DNA of 64,000 nt from Armatimonadota bacterium (GCA_043814095.1 JBDRKI010000054.1:1-64000), one strand, 5' to 3'; positions 47,780 through 58,699 are shown, numbered from the stretch's first letter. The notes: a model not told the origin generated them from the letters alone. A program made the numbers and translations.

Positions 47780-49177
47780 ATGCTGAAGATTTTAAATAGG
47801 AAATTATTCATTATTTATATTATAGTTCTGCTTTTATTCCTGTTCTTTTCATTCTCCGCAGTAATGGCAGACGGGGTAATAACATCCACCACCCCGGGAA
47901 GCGGAGCAACCGGAGTTGCTCTTAACCAGGTAATAAGGGTAACCTTTGATAAGCCATGTGATATTGCTTCTGTCCCCGCTAATCCTTTAACAAATACAAA
48001 CTCAGGAGGTGCGGTGCCGGGCGCGGTAAGCTTCGCGGACGCCAACAGAACTATGGTATTTACCTCTTCTTCCGGCTTATCCATTAATACCAATTATACA
48101 ATGTGCGTTGCGGGAACCACTTTTACCGGGGGCGCTGAAAATCTCGCAGGCGCAACAAGTTTTACATTTACGACAATTAACACCCCCGCAAGCGTAAATG
48201 TTTCCGTGGTGCCGGATTCAACGCATATAGGCATAGACCAGCCCATAGTGGCAACATATATATTCACGGAGCATACCGGAGTAAATATAAATATTACAAA
48301 CTCAAGCGCTTCTTTTTTAAACAGCAGTATGAACATTATAGGAACGGCAAACATTCCCGTAAATTTCAGCATTCCCGGCGGGAGGCAGAGCCGCTACAGC
48401 GACCATGTTTATATCCCGAACAATGCAAAGAACAGCCTGCGCGACGGAAGATTAACTTACAGAAGGTATTTTTACGGCACCGATGCGGGCGGGAATTCCA
48501 TAACGGTTTCCGGGGATGTAAACATTACGGTTACTTCGTCTTTAGGAGCTAAGTTTACCGTGACCCAGATTACCATAGATGTTCCTACCAATAATTCACT
48601 GTATAACCATCATGAATTTTTCTCAGGCAGGGCATTTATAGAGGGTACCGGGAGCGGGATAGTTGAAGGATACTGGTATATGGATGATATACCGCTTGAT
48701 TATTTTTACAGCCATATGACAAACGGCGTAACTTTACAGGTATTTACCCAGAATAAACTTTTCACATCAAACTACGGCACTCATAAATTATGGATAAGAA
48801 CAGTCTCTCCCAATCCCCTTGATTCAAACAAACTTTATTATTCCGTTACGGATGGAGTTCCGGGAGCTGTGGTATTAAGCACGCCCGCGAAAGGCAAAAC
48901 CTTTGAAAAAGGAGATACTGTGCCGGCATTTACATGGTCAGCGGCATCAAACAGTTTAGGATACAAGATTGCGATTGTTACAGATAAAAAAGATTTTGAC
49001 AAGGCCGAATGGATAGAAGTTAAAAACAACAGATGGGTGCCGTCTGTGGACTTCTGGCAGAAATTATCACCCGGTACATACTACTGGGCGGTTAAAAACA
49101 TAGGGCTTGATAATAAAGCCGGAGAAAGAAGCAAGGCTTTCTATTTTAAGATAAAAGAAAAAGCCAAGCGAAAATAA
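47780..49177 (+). CDS. Secreted protein: SbsA/Big_5-type Ig domain + Ig modules
   Basis: Signal peptide; TTPGSGATGV..N..I.VTF; shared GYWYMDDIPLDYF module. Confidence 0.82.
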   Translation: MLKILNRKLFIIYIIVLLLFLFFSFSAVMADGVITSTTPGSGATGVALNQVIRVTFDKPCDIASVPANPLTNTNSGGAVPGAVSFADANRTMVFTSSSGLSINTNYTMCVAGTTFTGGAENLAGATSFTFTTINTPASVNVSVVPDSTHIGIDQPIVATYIFTEHTGVNINITNSSASFLNSSMNIIGTANIPVNFSIPGGRQSRYSDHVYIPNNAKNSLRDGRLTYRRYFYGTDAGGNSITVSGDVNITVTSSLGAKFTVTQITIDVPTNNSLYNHHEFFSGRAFIEGTGSGIVEGYWYMDDIPLDYFYSHMTNGVTLQVFTQNKLFTSNYGTHKLWIRTVSPNPLDSNKLYYSVTDGVPGAVVLSTPAKGKTFEKGDTVPAFTWSAASNSLGYKIAIVTDKKDFDKAEWIEVKNNRWVPSVDFWQKLSPGTYYWAVKNIGLDNKAGERSKAFYFKIKEKAKRK

Positions 49178-49192
49178 TTTGAGGGTCAATTT

Positions 49193-52100
49193 ATGATTAT
49201 AAAAAAGCAGCTAGTAAGGCATATTGTAATCACAGCGGTTGTTCTGCTGTTTTTATTCGCCGCTTCCGCATTGCATGCGGAAGCGTTCCAGCTTGTAAGC
49301 AGTGACCCGGCTACCGGCGCGACGGGTGTCGCAAGAACAGCCACAATAAGACTGACATTTGACTATGACTTAGCTCCTACAACCGTAGACCTTGCGGTCC
49401 TGCGCGATTCACAGGGAAATACTGTAAGCTATTCTTCAAACTACACATATCCCGGATATACGGTATATTACACTACTTATCCTATGTCATACAACACAAC
49501 TTACACATTTGACTTCAGCAATGTGAAATTTAATGATATGAGTTCCCAGGCAGGCGCAACATCCATATCCTTCACCACAGTTGCGGCGCCGGTTATATCA
49601 AGCACAACGCCCGCAAGCGGGGCAACAGGCGTTGCTGTAAATCAAGCGGTAACGGTAAATTTCAACAGAGCTTATGACGCAACAAGCGTCCCGGCAAGCC
49701 CCTTAACTAATTCAAATACTGGCGGGCGCATAGCGGGAGCATGGTCATATCCCAGCACTACCTCGGCAACTTTTACCCCTACCGCAAGATTAGATTACAA
49801 CACCAATTATTTAATGGAAATGGCGGGCACAACCTTTAATGCGGGAGCCGAGACCTTAACGGGAACAACAAATTTCAGGTTCCAGACATTAAATACCCCT
49901 GCGAACATAAATCTTACGGTAACGCCTTCTACCGCGTCCATTGCCGTAGACCAGCCCATAGCAGCCACCTATATATTCACGGAGACCACCGGGCGCAGTG
50001 TAACAATAACCAGGTCAACCGCGGACTTTTTAAACAGCAGCAACTCTATTGTGGCGCAGGAAAACATATCAAATAATTTTACCATCACAGGGGGCGGCCA
50101 GAGCCAGTACAGCGACAGGATGTATATACCCGACAGGATAAGAAGCAGCTTCCCTGACGGACAGCTTACTTACCGGAGAACTTTTTACGGCACGGACTCC
50201 GGAGGCAACGCTGTTACCGTATCGGCAGATGTTGCCGTTAACATTACATCATCTCTGGGAGCTACATTCAGTGTAAATAAAATAACAATTGATACGCCTA
50301 CCAATAACACCATATTTAAATACCTGGGAGATTTCTCAGCCCGCGCGTTTATAGAAGGCTCCGGCACGGGCGCGATTGAAGGGTACTGGTATATGGATGA
50401 TATACCCCTTGATTATTTCCGTATAAATATGTTAAACGGCGTTACAACACAGGCATTTACGAATAACCGGCTTTTCACGACCAACTACGGGGATCATAAG
50501 CTCTCAATAAGACTGATACAGCCGAATTCCATTGATTCAAACACAGCGCATTACAATGTAAGTACGGGAGCTTCAAATATAGCGGAATTAAATACCCCGG
50601 CGAAGGGTGCGGCTTTCAGATACGCCGGAACCCCGCCCGCGTTTACATGGGCGGCAGTCCCTAAAATACTGGGATATAAAATCGCGATTGTAAAAAATCC
50701 CAATGAATTTGAATCTGCGATGTGGCAGAGATCCAATAATAACTACTGGAAGCCGCTTGAAAGCTACTGGAAAAACTTAGAACCCGGAAAATATTACTGG
50801 GCGGTCAAAGTAATCAGCCTTGACGGCAGGGATTCTCCCTTAAGTAAAATATTTTACTTCACGATAAAAGAAGAGCTGACAAGTTCACGGAAAAAACCCG
50901 ATGAAAAACTTTTAGCATACCTGCCGGACAGCAAAGATACAAATTTCTTCTTTGCCTCTCCGAGAAGCAACGGCAACAGCTTCGCTTACACGGCCGACGC
51001 GGAGGAAGAAGGCGAAAAAACGCCCCTTATCCAGGGGAACATGAACTCAACTTTTATATCAAGCGAAGCGCTTAACACAAGAACCCCTTTATACAACCGC
51101 ACACACAACTTAACAATAAACCAGCCGTTTAAAAACGGGAGCTTTTCCTTTACCGGAAACTGGGCTACCAACCCGAACGATTACGAAGTCGGCACGCAGG
51201 TAAGCGACTATAATTTCTCGTTAAACTACGGACCGGGAAATGTATCTTTCGGAACACTCGGCTTTAACCAGTCCGAATTCTCGCTTTATTCGCAGAGCAA
51301 ACCCGGAACTTCTGGCGACATACAGATAGGAAGCGCTAAGATATACTTTAACAGAATATCCGATAACGGCAGGGACGCATTATACAAATCCGCCTCCGGC
51401 AAGCTTACCGAGATGGAATGCTGGGCCGTTGAACCGTTTAAAACAAGCGGGAGCGAAGCGCTTAAGGTGGTTTATCTCAAAGGCAAGGAAAGGCCGGATC
51501 TTGAAGTTCCCAATTCAACTTATATTAACCCGACCGACAGCAAAGTTATATCTTTTATGGCGCAGAAATCATTTCTTAACGATAAGTTTACCCTGGGAGG
51601 CGAGCACTGCAGGGGCTATTACAACAAAAACTTAACCCTTGATCTTACAAGATATGATAATGCTACAAAGCTTGAAGCGGGTGCGCAGGCCGGAGATTTT
51701 GAATTTAATTCAAACTACAGGTATCTGGGGTCTAATTTCGGCACAATCGGCAACCCCTACCTTGAAAAAGACCAGTGCAGTTTTGAAAACTCCGCCGGCT
51801 GGAAGCTCGGGGAAGACGCAAGAGCAAGGTACCTGTTCGGCAAGACCTTTAACAAGCTGGATAATTCCCCGTTAACGGTTGGAGCCCAGAGCAATAATAA
51901 TGAAATCGGCATAGAACTCAACCCTAAAGGCAAAGGCTGGCCTTCAATGATATCCTTTAACCAAAGCTTAAATAATGTTAACACAGAGCCCACAGCATGG
52001 GCCAACTCGTCAATAACCGAAACAAGCACATCTGCCTATAACATGAGCTGGCCGGTAAGCGACACTATAAGTTTAAATATGGGCCATACTTTTACCCACT

Positions 52101-52531
52101 ACAACGATCTTTCAAACCAGAACTCCGATACCGCGACAAATTCGGTAAATATGGGCGCTATGGTTATGGGTAAAAAATTCAGTCTCTCCTGCAACTACTC
52201 AAGCAATGTAAGCAGGAACCTCGATACAAGCATTGACAGCATATTCGGCTCTGTTTACCTTCAGGCAAACTACACCCTTATACCAAATAAACTTACGCTG
52301 AACCTGACACATTCAAAAAGCATGAGCGAAGGCACATGGTCCAAAAACAATAATGATATAACCGACTTCAGGGTGGATTATAAGCTAACAAGCCGCATTA
52401 TCAACCGTGACGAAGAATTCACAATTACAATGCTGTATAAACTCAAAAACACCGTTGATTTTATGTACCCTGACGTAAACGCGAGTTTGGGCAATATCGT
52501 GCTCCAGATAACAAACTTGTTTAATTTCTAA
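49193..52531 (+). CDS. Large surface protein: 2 Big_5-type domains + Ig modules + probable C-terminal outer-membrane beta-barrel
   Basis: Two P..GATGV repeats, shared module, YRYLGSNF...GNP, alternating beta strands, terminal Phe. Confidence 0.8.
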   Translation: MIIKKQLVRHIVITAVVLLFLFAASALHAEAFQLVSSDPATGATGVARTATIRLTFDYDLAPTTVDLAVLRDSQGNTVSYSSNYTYPGYTVYYTTYPMSYNTTYTFDFSNVKFNDMSSQAGATSISFTTVAAPVISSTTPASGATGVAVNQAVTVNFNRAYDATSVPASPLTNSNTGGRIAGAWSYPSTTSATFTPTARLDYNTNYLMEMAGTTFNAGAETLTGTTNFRFQTLNTPANINLTVTPSTASIAVDQPIAATYIFTETTGRSVTITRSTADFLNSSNSIVAQENISNNFTITGGGQSQYSDRMYIPDRIRSSFPDGQLTYRRTFYGTDSGGNAVTVSADVAVNITSSLGATFSVNKITIDTPTNNTIFKYLGDFSARAFIEGSGTGAIEGYWYMDDIPLDYFRINMLNGVTTQAFTNNRLFTTNYGDHKLSIRLIQPNSIDSNTAHYNVSTGASNIAELNTPAKGAAFRYAGTPPAFTWAAVPKILGYKIAIVKNPNEFESAMWQRSNNNYWKPLESYWKNLEPGKYYWAVKVISLDGRDSPLSKIFYFTIKEELTSSRKKPDEKLLAYLPDSKDTNFFFASPRSNGNSFAYTADAEEEGEKTPLIQGNMNSTFISSEALNTRTPLYNRTHNLTINQPFKNGSFSFTGNWATNPNDYEVGTQVSDYNFSLNYGPGNVSFGTLGFNQSEFSLYSQSKPGTSGDIQIGSAKIYFNRISDNGRDALYKSASGKLTEMECWAVEPFKTSGSEALKVVYLKGKERPDLEVPNSTYINPTDSKVISFMAQKSFLNDKFTLGGEHCRGYYNKNLTLDLTRYDNATKLEAGAQAGDFEFNSNYRYLGSNFGTIGNPYLEKDQCSFENSAGWKLGEDARARYLFGKTFNKLDNSPLTVGAQSNNNEIGIELNPKGKGWPSMISFNQSLNNVNTEPTAWANSSITETSTSAYNMSWPVSDTISLNMGHTFTHYNDLSNQNSDTATNSVNMGAMVMGKKFSLSCNYSSNVSRNLDTSIDSIFGSVYLQANYTLIPNKLTLNLTHSKSMSEGTWSKNNNDITDFRVDYKLTSRIINRDEEFTITMLYKLKNTVDFMYPDVNASLGNIVLQITNLFNF

Positions 52532-52608
52532 AAATACATTTTCCCGCTTTTTTATAATTTAAATATTATAAAGAAATACCACCTATTTTATACAAGGAGA
52601 AGTAAATT

Positions 52609-53868
52609 ATGGATCCGGAAAAAGAGAATATAACGGAAAGAATGCAAAAACTCGAAAAACTGCAGGAAATAACGCTGTTTTTAAGCTCTACTCTTGACCT
52701 TAATAATCTCATAGAAAGAATAATAAAAACGGCCAAATTAAATCTAAATGTGGAAGATTCTTCTTTAATGCTTCTTGACGAAGAAAAAATGGAGCTCTAT
52801 TTCCGCTATATTGACCCGGAAAACATGAGTGAAGAGCAGTGCAGATCACTGAGATCAATAAGGTTAAAAATCGGCGAAGGTATAGGAGGGTTTGTCGCGA
52901 AAACAGGCGAGCCGCTGATTATATCGGATGTCCAGCATGATCCGAGGTTCTCCGTAAAGGGAGATAAGTCCACCGGAAAGATAACTCAAAACATGCTTTG
53001 CGTCCCCATAAAATATAATAAAAATATTATCGGGGTGCTTGAACTGATAAATAAAAAAGACGGCAACTTCACCGAAACAGACGTTTCCGACTCGCAGGCG
53101 CTCGCGAACATTGCCGGTGTTGCGATCCAGAACGCCAATCTTCACGAAAAAACCTTAAAAAGTTTAAACAGAATCACCGAACTTGAAGAATCAAAAACAA
53201 AATTCACGTCAATAATATCTCATGAGCTGAATACCCCTTTAACGGCCGTAAGGGGCTATGCCGATTTATTCTCCGAAGAAATTGACGGGATACCGCCGGA
53301 AACCGCGAAAGAATATCTAGATACGATTATAAGGGAATCGTCGCGCCTCGCGGTCTTAATAAATGACATTTTCATAATAAATGATATAGACTGTATACAG
53401 GAGCAGATGTCTTTGAAAGAGCACAATATACCCGAGATTGTAAATAAAACAGTGGAAAAATTTAAAGAAAATTGCCCCGGCCGGAAAATAACGGTATCTG
53501 CCGGCAAAGAAGACATAAAAGCGGTTATAGACAGCGATAAAATAGCTCACTGCTTAGAACATCTTCTTGATAACGCGGTTAAATTCTCAGGCGAAGATAC
53601 CGTAATAAATGTAAATATTGAGAAAAAGGATAACTTCATAGAAATTACCGTTGAAGATAAAGGATGCGGCATACCGGAAAATGAACAAAAAAACATATTC
53701 AATAAGTTCTACCAGGTTGATATGTGCTCCACCAGATGCTTTGAGGGAATCGGAAACGGCCTTTTTATATGCAAAAAACTGGTAGAAGCGCATAGGGGAG
53801 AAATAACCTGCAAAAGTACGCCGGATGTAGGATCGCGTTTTTTATTAAAATTTCCCGCGGAGCGGTAA
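52609..53868 (+). CDS. GAF-domain sensor histidine kinase
   Basis: GEGIGG..A.TG, SHELNTPL, LLDNAVKFS, D.G.GI, G.G.GL. Confidence 0.93.
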   Translation: MDPEKENITERMQKLEKLQEITLFLSSTLDLNNLIERIIKTAKLNLNVEDSSLMLLDEEKMELYFRYIDPENMSEEQCRSLRSIRLKIGEGIGGFVAKTGEPLIISDVQHDPRFSVKGDKSTGKITQNMLCVPIKYNKNIIGVLELINKKDGNFTETDVSDSQALANIAGVAIQNANLHEKTLKSLNRITELEESKTKFTSIISHELNTPLTAVRGYADLFSEEIDGIPPETAKEYLDTIIRESSRLAVLINDIFIINDIDCIQEQMSLKEHNIPEIVNKTVEKFKENCPGRKITVSAGKEDIKAVIDSDKIAHCLEHLLDNAVKFSGEDTVINVNIEKKDNFIEITVEDKGCGIPENEQKNIFNKFYQVDMCSTRCFEGIGNGLFICKKLVEAHRGEITCKSTPDVGSRFLLKFPAER

Positions 53869-53870
53869 AA

Positions 53871-54953
53871 ATGAAAAAATCATACGCTAACCTGCCCCTT
53901 CACGGAGGCAAAGCACCCGCATGGCTTTTCTCAAGGATGAGGCTCCTTGCAAGAGAGATAGCTATAGCGATAGTCAGCGAATATAATTCAAAAGAGCTTT
54001 TAAACCGGCTTTCCGACCCTTTCTGGTTCCAGGCATTCGGATGTGTGCTGGGTTTTGACTGGCATTCGTCAGGCGTAACGACAACGACACTGGGCGCTTT
54101 AAAAGACGGAACAAAAGAAATAGATAAAGACCTCGGCGTATTTATCGCGGGGGGGAAAGGCAGAACATCAAGAGGCACGCCTCAGGAGATTGAGAAAATC
54201 ATTGATAAAAATTCTTTAAGCCTTGAGGCGGAAAAACTTAAATATGCCAGCAGGATGTCCGCGAAAGTGGATTCTAACGCCCTTCAGGACGGTTTTTCCA
54301 TTTACCACCACAACTTATTATTTACAAAAGACGGATCATGGTCGGTAATCCAGCAGGGCATGAAAGAAACTTCCCGCATGGCAAGACGCTACCACTGGCT
54401 TAGCGAAAACCTTAAGGACTTTGTCTGCGAGCCCCATCTTGCCGTATGCTGCGATAAAAAAACAAATGTATTAAACCTTGTGGCAGAAGAGGGCAAAGAG
54501 AACAGATCGGCTTCGTGTTTTGTCGCGGGCGAGAAACCCGAAAAAATAATAAAAGATTTAAATAAGCTTAAAGAACTTACACTGCCTGAAAGACACCACA
54601 TACTTTTAAGCGATATAAACCCCGAAAGACTTAAAACTATTTTCTTAAAAACCTACCTGGCTCAGCCCAAAAACTTTGAAGAACTTCTGGGCATTACAGG
54701 CGTGGGCGCTAAAACCATGCGCTCTCTCTCCCTTATATCAGAACTTGTATACAACGCGCCTGCAAGCATAAAAGACCCTGTAAGATTCAGCTTCGCGCAC
54801 GGAGGGAAAGACTCTTTCCCCTATCCCGTGGACAGAGATACTTACGATCTTTCAATAGAAATATTAAATAAAGCGATTAATAAAGCAGGCATAGACCATA
54901 CGGAAAAAATAAAGGCGTTTAAAAGACTGGGAAAATATAACCGGGAGAACTAA
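53871..54953 (+). CDS. DUF763 family protein (HhH motif)
   Basis: LPLHGGKAP.WL, FDWHSSG, ARRYHW, GVGAKT, FAHGGKD. Confidence 0.88.
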   Translation: MKKSYANLPLHGGKAPAWLFSRMRLLAREIAIAIVSEYNSKELLNRLSDPFWFQAFGCVLGFDWHSSGVTTTTLGALKDGTKEIDKDLGVFIAGGKGRTSRGTPQEIEKIIDKNSLSLEAEKLKYASRMSAKVDSNALQDGFSIYHHNLLFTKDGSWSVIQQGMKETSRMARRYHWLSENLKDFVCEPHLAVCCDKKTNVLNLVAEEGKENRSASCFVAGEKPEKIIKDLNKLKELTLPERHHILLSDINPERLKTIFLKTYLAQPKNFEELLGITGVGAKTMRSLSLISELVYNAPASIKDPVRFSFAHGGKDSFPYPVDRDTYDLSIEILNKAINKAGIDHTEKIKAFKRLGKYNREN

Positions 54954-54954
54954 C

Positions 54955-57231
54955 ATGAAAAAAAACATCTTTTTAAAAATACTTATTATACTCTTTAGTT
55001 TTTGTATTTTATCGGGATTAAGCGCTTTTGCCGATGACGCTCAAGACTATGCCCTTACCGCTTCCGAGCTTCCAGGCGGGTGGAAAATCCTTGAAGGCAA
55101 GTATTTAATTAATGATGACGATTATGTGCAGTTTGAAAAAAACACAAAATGGACAAGAAAAGGCACGGCCGATTTCCCCCGTGAAAATTACGCGCAGGTT
55201 TTAGAAACAGATAATAAAATACGCATACTTGTCGCCGTTAATCTTTACCCCGACATAGAAACGGCAAGAAAAGCTCTTAACAACGATACGGGAACAAAAA
55301 TGAACATAGCCGATGAAGGGCTTAAGGTTGATACTAAAAAAGGGGTCCATTTTTATGAATTCAGGATAGGAAGATACTGTATAGGAGTAATATCCAGAAT
55401 AGATAAAAGAGCCAAACAAACAATTGATTTAATACTGAAAAAAATAAAAGGCGCGCCTCTCTACACGCCCAGCCCCGACCCGACAGACAATTACTCAAAA
55501 ACAGAATATCCTTATGAAAAACCCTATAAAGAACCATATAAAGAGAAGAAACCCTTTAAAGTAAATCCCTTAGCGGTTATCGCGGGCATACTGGGCGCAG
55601 CCGCGGGTCTTGCCGGCCTTATATACCTTTTAGCCAAGCTTGCGGGAGCAAAGGCCGCATCAATTACACCTAAAAAACTGCCTGAAGTACAGTTTAAAAA
55701 ACCTAAAAAAACGCCTAAAATACAGTTTGAGAAAAAAGCTAAACCTAAAATAGAGTTTAAAAAAGATGAATCTTCCAAAGAAAAAGACAAGGATAAAGAA
55801 GAAAAACAGAAAGCGTTCTTTATAGATGTCTCCGCGAATAAGACAGACCTTAACGCGGACGGTAAAGATAGCGCGAAAATTACCGCTTATGTTACCGACT
55901 TTGAAGGCAACCCGGTACCCGGCATAGCAGTTCTTTTTACCGCATCAAGACCCAATAGATCCGTGCCCCCTTCCATGGCAACGGACTCAAACGGGACTGC
56001 GAGCTTTAATTATATTTCCTCCGCATCTTCAGGAACCCAGTTAATACAGGGAAGACTTGCTTCTGACCCTTTGAAAGAATCCTCGGCAAGAATTGACGAA
56101 GAAAAAAGAAAGATAGCACAAATAGAGCTTGATATATCGCCGGAAGAAGTCCCTGCGGACGGCGAAAGTAAGGCCGAGGTAAGAATCTTCGCTTCTGACA
56201 ATAAGGGGGGGACAGCTAAGAACGAAAAAATAGAGCTCTGGTTTAAAAATTATGACGGCAGCAAAATTGAACCGGGAACCGTAATAACTGATGAAAACGG
56301 TGAGGCCCGCGCTGAATTTACATCCGGCAAACACCCCGGGGAACAGAAAATATCGGCAGCTTCCTTATCAGATTCAAATGTTGCAAATTCAATCTCTATA
56401 CAGCTTAAAAAAGAAATATGTTATGAGGCAAGGGATTCCTGGACCAATTACGCGGTAAGGGTAATCCTGCGCGAAGAAGGCATAAGAAAAGTAACAGATA
56501 AGGACATTGTATCCGCGAAAGTAATTGATCCGGCGGGAAATAAAACAGCTTCCGGCTTCGGTGATGACCTTTTATCCTTAGCGGCCGTTATCGGCAATTA
56601 CGGTGTAACGCCCGCCGATGAGATATTTTATAAACAGAGAGCGGATAAATGGGAAGAAGTGAATGAGAAATGCAGAAAATCACTGAAAGATCTTGAGAAT
56701 GCCGGAACCATAGGTGATACTGTCCAGGCAATGTGCATTATATCCGTCCTTGCAGAAATCGGATTCTCCCTTGCGGGAGATAAACTTGCCGGTGACGCCA
56801 TAGGCGGGGCAATGCTTAAATACTTCCCTGCCGTTATGAAAAAAGTGCGGGACGGCTTCTCTAAGGGATCGGCCGAAAACCAGGAAATTATCATGAAAAA
56901 AATAGAAAGGCAGAAAAAAGACATACACCATATGGAAAGATTGTCAAAAGAGATAGCGGATATATGGAAAAATTTATCCTACAGCAGGGGCAATTCCAAA
57001 GATGCGGCTAAATGGATAGAAAAAGATTATGAATCGGATTTCTACATAAACAATATTCTTCTTCTTGAAGACGCTTTAGATGCCGGCAGAAAGGCCGGAA
57101 TTCTTTCTGCCCCCGAAGAAGCAAAATACAACCTTGAACTTGAGGGTATAAGAACAAGGCTCGGCGCCGGGATGGATGATATTAACAAGATAAAGGAATT
57201 AAGGCAGAAAATAAGGTCGTCTATACGATAG
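54955..57231 (+). CDS. Membrane protein with two invasin-type Big_1 domains
   Basis: Signal peptide, internal TM, ADG...A.I...V.D..GN/TD.NG.A repeats. Confidence 0.8.
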   Translation: MKKNIFLKILIILFSFCILSGLSAFADDAQDYALTASELPGGWKILEGKYLINDDDYVQFEKNTKWTRKGTADFPRENYAQVLETDNKIRILVAVNLYPDIETARKALNNDTGTKMNIADEGLKVDTKKGVHFYEFRIGRYCIGVISRIDKRAKQTIDLILKKIKGAPLYTPSPDPTDNYSKTEYPYEKPYKEPYKEKKPFKVNPLAVIAGILGAAAGLAGLIYLLAKLAGAKAASITPKKLPEVQFKKPKKTPKIQFEKKAKPKIEFKKDESSKEKDKDKEEKQKAFFIDVSANKTDLNADGKDSAKITAYVTDFEGNPVPGIAVLFTASRPNRSVPPSMATDSNGTASFNYISSASSGTQLIQGRLASDPLKESSARIDEEKRKIAQIELDISPEEVPADGESKAEVRIFASDNKGGTAKNEKIELWFKNYDGSKIEPGTVITDENGEARAEFTSGKHPGEQKISAASLSDSNVANSISIQLKKEICYEARDSWTNYAVRVILREEGIRKVTDKDIVSAKVIDPAGNKTASGFGDDLLSLAAVIGNYGVTPADEIFYKQRADKWEEVNEKCRKSLKDLENAGTIGDTVQAMCIISVLAEIGFSLAGDKLAGDAIGGAMLKYFPAVMKKVRDGFSKGSAENQEIIMKKIERQKKDIHHMERLSKEIADIWKNLSYSRGNSKDAAKWIEKDYESDFYINNILLLEDALDAGRKAGILSAPEEAKYNLELEGIRTRLGAGMDDINKIKELRQKIRSSIR

Positions 57232-57595
57232 AAACTTTAGTATTTGCCGTTATTATCTTCCCTTCTTCGGGGATAATTTTAGATACTTTAAGTTTTATAT
57301 TTTCAAATACAAGAGTCTGCCCTTCTTCTGTCTTTTTACCCATTAAAAATGAAGCAAGTTCATCTGATCTTGCTTCAAGAATATTTACATCTGCGGATTC
57401 TATGTTAAATTCTATTATTTCAATATCCGGTTCTTCTTCTGTTGCGGAAGAGCTTACAATCCTTATCCTTGGCCTACCGTAAGAAGAAACAGAAGTTTTT
57501 TTATTCCTCGGCTTTAATAAAAAATAAATCATTACCGCCGCGCAGATAATAAGAATAAGTAAAATGAATATAAAAACAATAAATCCGATCATCAT
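57221..57595 (-). CDS. Membrane-anchored protein with Cdc48_2-like small domain
   Basis: N-terminal TM; L.GK...EG..L.F....LKV....P..G.IIT..T. Confidence 0.6.
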   Translation of the reverse strand: MMIGFIVFIFILLILIICAAVMIYFLLKPRNKKTSVSSYGRPRIRIVSSSATEEEPDIEIIEFNIESADVNILEARSDELASFLMGKKTEEGQTLVFENIKLKVSKIIPEEGKIITANTKVSIV

Positions 57596-57606
57596 AAGCC
57601 CGTCCC

Positions 57607-58638
57607 CTATCTTATTTTCTTGGAATAAGCGTCAGTCCAGCCTTTTTCTTTTGCTGTTTTCTGATTTTTAACCGCTTGATCTTTATTATCGGCAACGGAA
57701 ACCACCACTATATAATAGCCCGGCTTTAACGCGGGATAATCGGAAGAGAGCAGTATATCAGGAAAAAATCCCTGCCTGTAAGCCTGCCATTTTTTATCCT
57801 GAGCCACTGCCTGGTCTTTTGTGCTTGCGATTATCGTAAACCACATATGTTCGGGCGCCGATAAAACTTTATATTTTATAATATAATTATGTCCCCCGCC
57901 TATATACCAGAGATGTATCTTTGAGCCCATATCCGCGATTACGGGCCACTCTTTGCCAGGGAGGCGCTCCCTTTCCTTAAAATACTGCTCCTGCTCTTCT
58001 TTAGTTAAAAAATCAAGGCTCGGGGTTATACTGAAAATCCTTGTTTTTTTGTCAGCGGTTCTAAGAGTAACTTCGCATGAATCAGTGCCTATAACTGCCT
58101 TTATAATCCTGCCTTCTATCTGGCCTATATTTAATTTATTCTCATTCTGAGGAACGGCCTGAGCAGCTGGTTTTTCTTCCTCAAATATCTTCTCCTCCAC
58201 GGTCTCAGAAACCACAGGTGCGGCAGAAGTTTCTTCACCGGACTGCTTCTTCGCGAAAAGCCCGGTACTCCTTGCAAAAAATAAAACAAGAACAATTACC
58301 GCAGCCGCGCATACCAGCATTGCAACAATTTTTGAAAAGCTTAATCCTGATTTTTCTTTGTGTTTTTCATGATGAACTTCCGCAAACGGTTCTTCTTTTT
58401 TAAACTCTATTTTTTCTTCAGTCTCGGTAATTGATATGATTGTCTCTCCTGTTATTACGCCCTGACCGGGAGACAGATTCGCCGCTTTAAGATAAATACC
58501 GTTAAAATCTAAAACTTCACCTTCCTGTATATGCCTGCCGCTTAAGAAAGTGGAAAGTCCCTCCTGGGCCAGCTTAATTCTTTCAAGATCAGTTCTGTAT
58601 ACCTTAAGTTCTAAAGACTGAATATTCATAATATCCAC
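57607..58638 (-). CDS. Membrane protein: Cdc48_2-like N-domain, TM, C-terminal SPOR-like domain
   Basis: N-domain similar to 57221..57595; LLSSDYPALKPGYYIV..DAYSK. Confidence 0.6.
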   Translation of the reverse strand: MDIMNIQSLELKVYRTDLERIKLAQEGLSTFLSGRHIQEGEVLDFNGIYLKAANLSPGQGVITGETIISITETEEKIEFKKEEPFAEVHHEKHKEKSGLSFSKIVAMLVCAAAVIVLVLFFARSTGLFAKKQSGEETSAAPVVSETVEEKIFEEEKPAAQAVPQNENKLNIGQIEGRIIKAVIGTDSCEVTLRTADKKTRIFSITPSLDFLTKEEQEQYFKERERLPGKEWPVIADMGSKIHLWYIGGGHNYIIKYKVLSAPEHMWFTIIASTKDQAVAQDKKWQAYRQGFFPDILLSSDYPALKPGYYIVVVSVADNKDQAVKNQKTAKEKGWTDAYSKKIR

Positions 58639-58699
58639 CTCATTAATATTTTATAAATAATGATTTCTACAACAAAAATAATATTCCTATAATTTATAC

